A DNA stretch of 64,000 nt from a virus, in IMG/VR virus record IMGVR_UViG_3300045988_090463, positions 12,472 to 76,471 of that record; one strand, 5' to 3'. Under the pieces are notes generated by a model. It made no database searches. It had not been told where the DNA came from and saw only the letters and a list, made by a program, of their open reading frames with translations. The translations under genes were made by a program, and so were the position numbers. This document shows, piece after piece, positions 59,784 through 64,000 of the stretch (positions are counted from its first letter, which is position 1; each line of letters opens with the position of its first letter).

Positions 59784-60081
59784 CTGCGTTTCCTCCCGTA
59801 ATTGCATCAATGCAATTATTCCAACCTGCTTTTATACTGTTCCAGTGATCTGTTAAAGCTACTCCGGTCATTTTCTCCGGCAATGGCTTCAATGGACACC
59901 AATCAGGTCTTGATTTGCTTTCGTAATCATAATGTTCTTCTGTCATCAGAATTACATCATAATCTAAACAATCAGCTAATTCACAGCATCCCTCATATTC
60001 AAGATTTCCACAATATTCAGTTCCGAACGGGCAGCCTTAACAATTTTCTGGCGTGTCAATCACTAATACTGATTTACTCAT
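59776..60081 (-). pseudogene. ORF interrupted by one in-frame TAA (codon 15)
   Basis: MSKSVLVIDTPENC-TAA-GCPFGTEYCGNLEYEGCC.... ATGA-coupled at its start and coupled to the next gene at its end. Confidence 0.5.
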
Positions 60082-60311
60082 TCAACTCCACCGCCTTTCA
60101 CAATTTCAACTGCTTCATTCAGACATTGGGCTGTATACCAATCGTCACCCGATTCTGAAACTTTATCTTCGATTAACATTTCCAACTGTTGAACAACTTC
60201 ATCTACATCAAAAGCTGTCGGCTGTTCGTCAATAACTGCACCTATTGCAAAATCCATATCCGAATTTCCAAGAGAGTCAATTATTTTGTCTGCATCAATC
60301 AGTCTGCTCAT
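60078..60311 (-). CDS. hypothetical acidic protein (77 aa)
   Basis: ORF in the operon. Confidence 0.45.
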   Translation of the reverse strand: MSRLIDADKIIDSLGNSDMDFAIGAVIDEQPTAFDVDEVVQQLEMLIEDKVSESGDDWYTAQCLNEAVEIVKGGGVE

Positions 60312-60314
60312 ATT

Positions 60315-60695
60315 CTATTCTCCTAACTGTTCTAAAATTTCTTTTGCAATTTTATTACTTTCCTGCATGGAAATTCCCCATCCATTATATTTTCTGTGGC
60401 ATTCATCACAGTTCCATTCACCATTATCACTTTCTTTAATTTCGCTATTGAATCTGCAATTATCGCAATACATATGATCGAGAGTGCCGTAAATGATGTT
60501 TGTAATATCGTCTTGTTTACTATTAGCATCGTCTACGTGCTTCTGTCTGTTTAAATATTCAAATACTCCCAGCTCATTTTTTCCGACCCATTTAATCCAT
60601 GCACCGCAATCCCTGCAATACAATCCTGTATTATTCCTAACTTTCTTGACAAAAAGGTTTTTACTATTGCACTTTGGGCATCTATATTCTTTCAT
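60315..60695 (-). CDS. double zinc-ribbon protein
   Basis: CPKC...CRDC and CDNC...CDEC. Confidence 0.5.
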   Translation of the reverse strand: MKEYRCPKCNSKNLFVKKVRNNTGLYCRDCGAWIKWVGKNELGVFEYLNRQKHVDDANSKQDDITNIIYGTLDHMYCDNCRFNSEIKESDNGEWNCDECHRKYNGWGISMQESNKIAKEILEQLGE

Positions 60696-61009
60696 CTTTC
60701 ATCCTCCCACACTCCCAACAACCGCATTCTCTCATACAGTACAGCGACGGTCTTGCGTCTGTATCCGTAGAAGTCTTTCGGGTTCATTGGGATATATCTT
60801 TCTTTGCTGATTTTCCTGTAACTTTTCCGGTGTAGGATATTCTCGATAACCATATCCGCTATCACCGTGTTTTTCGGGCAAGCTGACAAGGCGGTACCGG
60901 AAAGCAGGTATCCGTACTCTGCCGGGAAGTCTTTCAGCATCGTATTCAGTTTTTCAATATCCTCAGCCGGAATACCGTAGTCTTTCAGCTTCTTATTCCT
61001 TGTCAGCAT
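60692..61009 (-). CDS. sigma-region-4 / RinA-ArpU-like putative transcription regulator
   Basis: Start MLTRNKK after AAAGGAG. C-terminus SYRKISKERYIPMNPKDFYGYRRKTVAVLYERMRLLG. Confidence 0.4.
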   Translation of the reverse strand: MLTRNKKLKDYGIPAEDIEKLNTMLKDFPAEYGYLLSGTALSACPKNTVIADMVIENILHRKSYRKISKERYIPMNPKDFYGYRRKTVAVLYERMRLLGVWEDER

Positions 61010-61022
61010 ACTGTTCTCCTTT

Positions 61023-61931
61023 CTATCCTGTATAATCTTCAAACTTTCTTACACTTTCAAACGTAGCTCTCATATTTACCCATCGTTGTAATCTTCTAAC
61101 AGAATCGGTAGGTTTTGTGTTTTGCTTATCAAAAATCATTACGTAAGGCCAATACCCTAAATCCCGAAGTGTATATACTCTTTCCAAATCCTGTTCAAAT
61201 GTGGTATTGAAATTTGTCAGCACATATACAGACATTTTTCTGCGATCCCACCCAGTTATTTTCTTAAACATTTGAAATTTCGGGATAATTATGCCTTTGT
61301 CTTCATATCTGTCCCACGCAAAATGAATCTGTTTTATTTTCATTTGCTTAATGTAATTTGCCTTTTCTTCGGTCATAATCCGAATATCGCAGCCTTGTGA
61401 AAAATCTATATATGCTTTGCTGTCTATTAACTGTTCAGATAGACTTTTCCATTCTGTACAAGCGAACATGTTTGGGTCAAGCAAGACTATATTCTTTTGA
61501 CCATTCCAAAATTCTAATAAATCTGCTACTTTACAGCTTTTCTTTCCTTCTTTATCTTTTACGATACAGAAATCGCACCCTCTAGGGCATCCTCTTGTAA
61601 GAAAACCATAAGCGGTATTTTTGCATAATTCTGGGTAAAGACTATAATCAGGATAAATGTGTTCAATTTCATCCGGTAATGACTCCCCACCAGACGGATA
61701 CTCATATCCCGTGCCACCTTTTATGATTTTTGTTGCACATACAGGATGCGGATAATCTGGCGTAAACGTAAATACCTTGCTCATATACACCTTATCTGGT
61801 GGATTTATCCATGCTGTCAATGGGTCGTACCATTCTACTGAGTCACCTTTTCCCTTATGCCATGCCGATATTTTCATCAATGGCAGATTTGGAAAATTAT
61901 GACCATCAACATCTATAAGTTGTATTTTCAT
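61023..61931 (-). CDS. radical SAM protein (B12-binding-like N-domain plus a CxxxCxxC core)
   Basis: TRGCPRGCDFC motif near residue 117 of 302. Confidence 0.7.
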   Translation of the reverse strand: MKIQLIDVDGHNFPNLPLMKISAWHKGKGDSVEWYDPLTAWINPPDKVYMSKVFTFTPDYPHPVCATKIIKGGTGYEYPSGGESLPDEIEHIYPDYSLYPELCKNTAYGFLTRGCPRGCDFCIVKDKEGKKSCKVADLLEFWNGQKNIVLLDPNMFACTEWKSLSEQLIDSKAYIDFSQGCDIRIMTEEKANYIKQMKIKQIHFAWDRYEDKGIIIPKFQMFKKITGWDRRKMSVYVLTNFNTTFEQDLERVYTLRDLGYWPYVMIFDKQNTKPTDSVRRLQRWVNMRATFESVRKFEDYTG

Positions 61932-61941
61932 AGCTTCCTTT

Positions 61942-62043
61942 CTAATCGTCTGGGTGGTGTTTATCGTACATGATCGCTGCGCATACAAGACCAGTCACTC
62001 CGAATATGATTCCAAGGACGAATCCTAGCAAAAATGTAATCAT
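61942..62043 (-). CDS. 33-aa TM peptide
   Basis: Product MITFLLGFVLGIIFGVTGLVCAAIMYDKHHPDD. ATGA coupling. Confidence 0.3.
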   Translation of the reverse strand: MITFLLGFVLGIIFGVTGLVCAAIMYDKHHPDD

Positions 62044-62375
62044 ACTTCCACCTCCGAATCTTCTGGCATCTGAAAGACCATATTCTTTTTAAATTTTTTT
62101 ACAAGTTCTTTTAAACCATTGACGTGAATATCGTTTGATTCTACAATTGCTCGATGTCCTGTAAATCCTGTCAAAAAAGTACAAGTAATTTTGTATTCTT
62201 CATAGGCCTCCTGAATCATATCCAGTACTTTCATGGCTTTTTCTCTGGTGGAATAATGACCAATTGGGCACACGCAATCCGTTATATTAAACCCTTGTGC
62301 ACATTCCCAGAATCGCAGCTCTCGTGTATTGTTAAGACTGATCAATCGGCTTTTATCCTGACTTCTGATTAACAT
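62040..62375 (-). CDS. hypothetical protein (111 aa)
   Basis: ORF in the operon. Confidence 0.45.
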   Translation of the reverse strand: MLIRSQDKSRLISLNNTRELRFWECAQGFNITDCVCPIGHYSTREKAMKVLDMIQEAYEEYKITCTFLTGFTGHRAIVESNDIHVNGLKELVKKFKKNMVFQMPEDSEVEV

Positions 62376-62569
62376 TTTGCGTCCTCCTTATCTTTCTCAC
62401 AGAATCCTCTGTGTTCATGCACTGAATACTCGATTCCACAACTCCGTTTCATGTATGTGAGTTTTTCTCCTGTCAATTCGCATTTGTGTTTTCTTGTATT
62501 CAGATACTCACAGGTTCCGTCACAGTAGCTCATTTTCATCCTCACTTTCCCCATGTAAACAACTGACAC
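62369..62569 (-). CDS. small Cys-rich protein (66 aa)
   Basis: ORF in the operon. Confidence 0.4.
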   Translation of the reverse strand: MSVVYMGKVRMKMSYCDGTCEYLNTRKHKCELTGEKLTYMKRSCGIEYSVHEHRGFCEKDKEDAKC

Positions 62570-62573
62570 GCTA

Positions 62574-63857
62574 TCAATTTAGATTTACGTTCATTTTTCT
62601 TGCTATAGTTTCTATAACTGTCACTGTTACGCCGTTTCCTGCCTGCTTGTATAACTGGCTGTCAGAATTTACGAACTGTGCTTTTTCAAAATAATTATCA
62701 GACCAACCTTGCAGCCTAAAGCATTCTTTTGGGGTTAATTTTCTGATTGCTATGTAGCATTGGTATTTTTCGTACCAGACTGCATACACAATTAATTCAT
62801 CGGAAACTTTCACAAATATGCCTTGATTGCAACTCGTATCTAATCTTTTTGTTGCTTCTTCAACCTCAATCGCAATTCCGTGCCGGTCCTGTCCTGTCAG
62901 TGTGAACATCGGTTCTCCATCTTCTTTGAATCTTCGTCCATTTTGACGTTTCTCTGCCCGATCTGGTGTGAGAACTGGAATTGCAACTCCGCTTACTTCA
63001 GCTTTATGATTTGCGATTTCTTTGTTGTATCTGGCTTGTAAGCACCTTGCCTTATTGGTTAACTCTGTTTTTTTATAACTTAAATCAATAAAACATGGCA
63101 ACGCTACATGATGTCCTCTTCCACCACCTTGTCCAGTATCAAGAGCCTCGGTAATTCCATCAGATCCAAACACTTGCGTATTTCTTCTATATCCGTTTTT
63201 ATGTGCAATTATTTGAATACTATTTTTTCCACCTGCTCCTTCGACAGGAAATATTTTTGCGGTACTTCTCCCTCTAAGATGTCCGATAATAAAACATCTT
63301 TCCCGGTTTTGCGGCACTTCGTAATCTTTGGAGTTGAGCACTTGCCATTCTGCATCATACCCCCCCTGTTCCATTTCAATGAGCAGTCTGGCGAAATCCC
63401 ATCCTCCATTAACACTAAGCAGATTTTTAACGTTCTCAATGAAAAGGTAAGTGGGTTTATCTTCTTCTTTGAGCTGCCCGATAAGGTACATAACTCTGAA
63501 AAACAGGCTTGAACGGTTTCCTTGAAATCCGGCTTGCTTTCCTGCAACTGAGATATCTTGACAGGGGAATCCGAAGCACCAACAGTCAGCTTTTGGAATG
63601 TCTCCGGCATACACTCTTCGAATGTCATTTGCGTACCATTCTCCATTTCTGTATTCCTCCTTTAATATTTCTTTTTGTCTTTTCTTGATAGGAATATCTT
63701 CCAATGCCTTTCGCTGCTCCTCTGTCAATAAGTGCATTGAGATGTAACTCGCAGTAGCAAATTTATCGAATTCGCAAAAACCAACGCATTCATGCCCCGC
63801 TAATTCCATTCCCCTGCGAAATCCTCCGATTCCTGCGAAAAAATCTATAAATTTCAT
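62574..63857 (-). CDS. DNA (cytosine-5)-methyltransferase
   Basis: Motif I FAGIGG, motif IV GFPCQDIS, ENVKNL and QNRER. Confidence 0.9.
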   Translation of the reverse strand: MKFIDFFAGIGGFRRGMELAGHECVGFCEFDKFATASYISMHLLTEEQRKALEDIPIKKRQKEILKEEYRNGEWYANDIRRVYAGDIPKADCWCFGFPCQDISVAGKQAGFQGNRSSLFFRVMYLIGQLKEEDKPTYLFIENVKNLLSVNGGWDFARLLIEMEQGGYDAEWQVLNSKDYEVPQNRERCFIIGHLRGRSTAKIFPVEGAGGKNSIQIIAHKNGYRRNTQVFGSDGITEALDTGQGGGRGHHVALPCFIDLSYKKTELTNKARCLQARYNKEIANHKAEVSGVAIPVLTPDRAEKRQNGRRFKEDGEPMFTLTGQDRHGIAIEVEEATKRLDTSCNQGIFVKVSDELIVYAVWYEKYQCYIAIRKLTPKECFRLQGWSDNYFEKAQFVNSDSQLYKQAGNGVTVTVIETIARKMNVNLN

Positions 63858-64000
63858 TTTAAACTCCCATCTTCTTAACCAGATTCTTATTCAATCCCTC
63901 TTAACATCAAGCTTAATTTACTGTAACAAGGGCAAATTCTTGTATGATCGAAAATATCTTCCAGTAAAACGCAATGTGGAAAAAGCTGTTTTACCTCATA

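Noticed and set aside
1-64000. Possible stop-codon reassignment (TAG or TAA recoding), considered because three ORFs continue in frame after a stop (50332, 53295, 60037).
   Set aside because: All long genes (1584-, 1150-, 617-, 577- and 564-aa) are intact in the standard code. No suppressor tRNA is present. The three cases involve different stop codons and have simpler explanations.
1-64000. Prophage-host junctions (attL/attR with flanking bacterial genes).
   Set aside because: Every recognisable gene is phage-type and both window edges fall inside phage early genes. The early region appears to continue beyond both ends, consistent with a larger circular or permuted genome.

Overview
The window looks like one continuous, gene-dense phage genome segment: a low-GC, Firmicutes/Clostridia-type temperate siphovirus. 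No host genes, rRNA or CRISPR array are visible. About 95% of the coding is on the minus strand. All functional calls are my own reading of motifs and gene order; no database search was run. Read in the direction of transcription (right to left), the layout is as follows. (1) 64-56 kb: early, replication and DNA-modification genes, comprising a C5-cytosine methyltransferase, a radical-SAM protein, a sigma-r4-like regulator, a replisome organizer with internal iterons, and a DnaC-like loader. (2) 55.8-54 kb: a large serine recombinase bracketed by a perfect 14-bp inverted repeat. (3) 53.2-50.7 kb: an iteron-rich non-coding block, then a small plus-strand operon and an RHH repressor hub with four copies of one operator. 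(4) 50.2-49.4 kb: a promoter-to-terminator small-RNA candidate, an AT-rich repeat region, and a late-type promoter followed by a terminator. (5) terS at 49.4 kb lies about 10 kb from terL at 38.9 kb. The gap holds two RHH paralogs, a zinc-ribbon/HNH-like protein, four tRNA genes with tRNA-like fragments, many Cys-rich mini-ORFs, an RNA-ligase-like gene and an SPFH protein. (6) 38.9-32.4 kb: a lambda-like head module of terL, a sigma-r4-like gene, portal, scaffold, decoration protein, E-type capsid protein and connector. (7) 32.3-25.8 kb: a 6.5-kb block of atypical genes lies between the connector and neck genes. It holds an XhlA-like protein, a small HTH protein, Q/P-rich, Gly-rich, Cys-rich and RMGY-repeat proteins, an HExxH protein and an SGNH fibre. 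(8) 25.6-9.6 kb: neck and tail module. A holin lies in front of the major tail gene. The chaperone genes carry a G/GT slippery site. The tape measure is 1584 aa. A 3.8-kb autonomous cassette (GIY-YIG, wHTH, DUF1653, lipoprotein) splits the tape measure from the distal tail gene. (9) 9.5-7.8 kb: endolysin. (10) 7.7-4.6 kb: an orphan LytTR response regulator, secreted and membrane morons, and a cI/cro-type switch. (11) 4.1-0 kb: antirepressor, small early genes, an SSB-like protein and a truncated Rad50/SbcC-like ATPase. The late region is punctuated by strand-specific intrinsic terminators. It also carries a repeated box, then a -10 element, then a hairpin, which suggests antitermination-type control.
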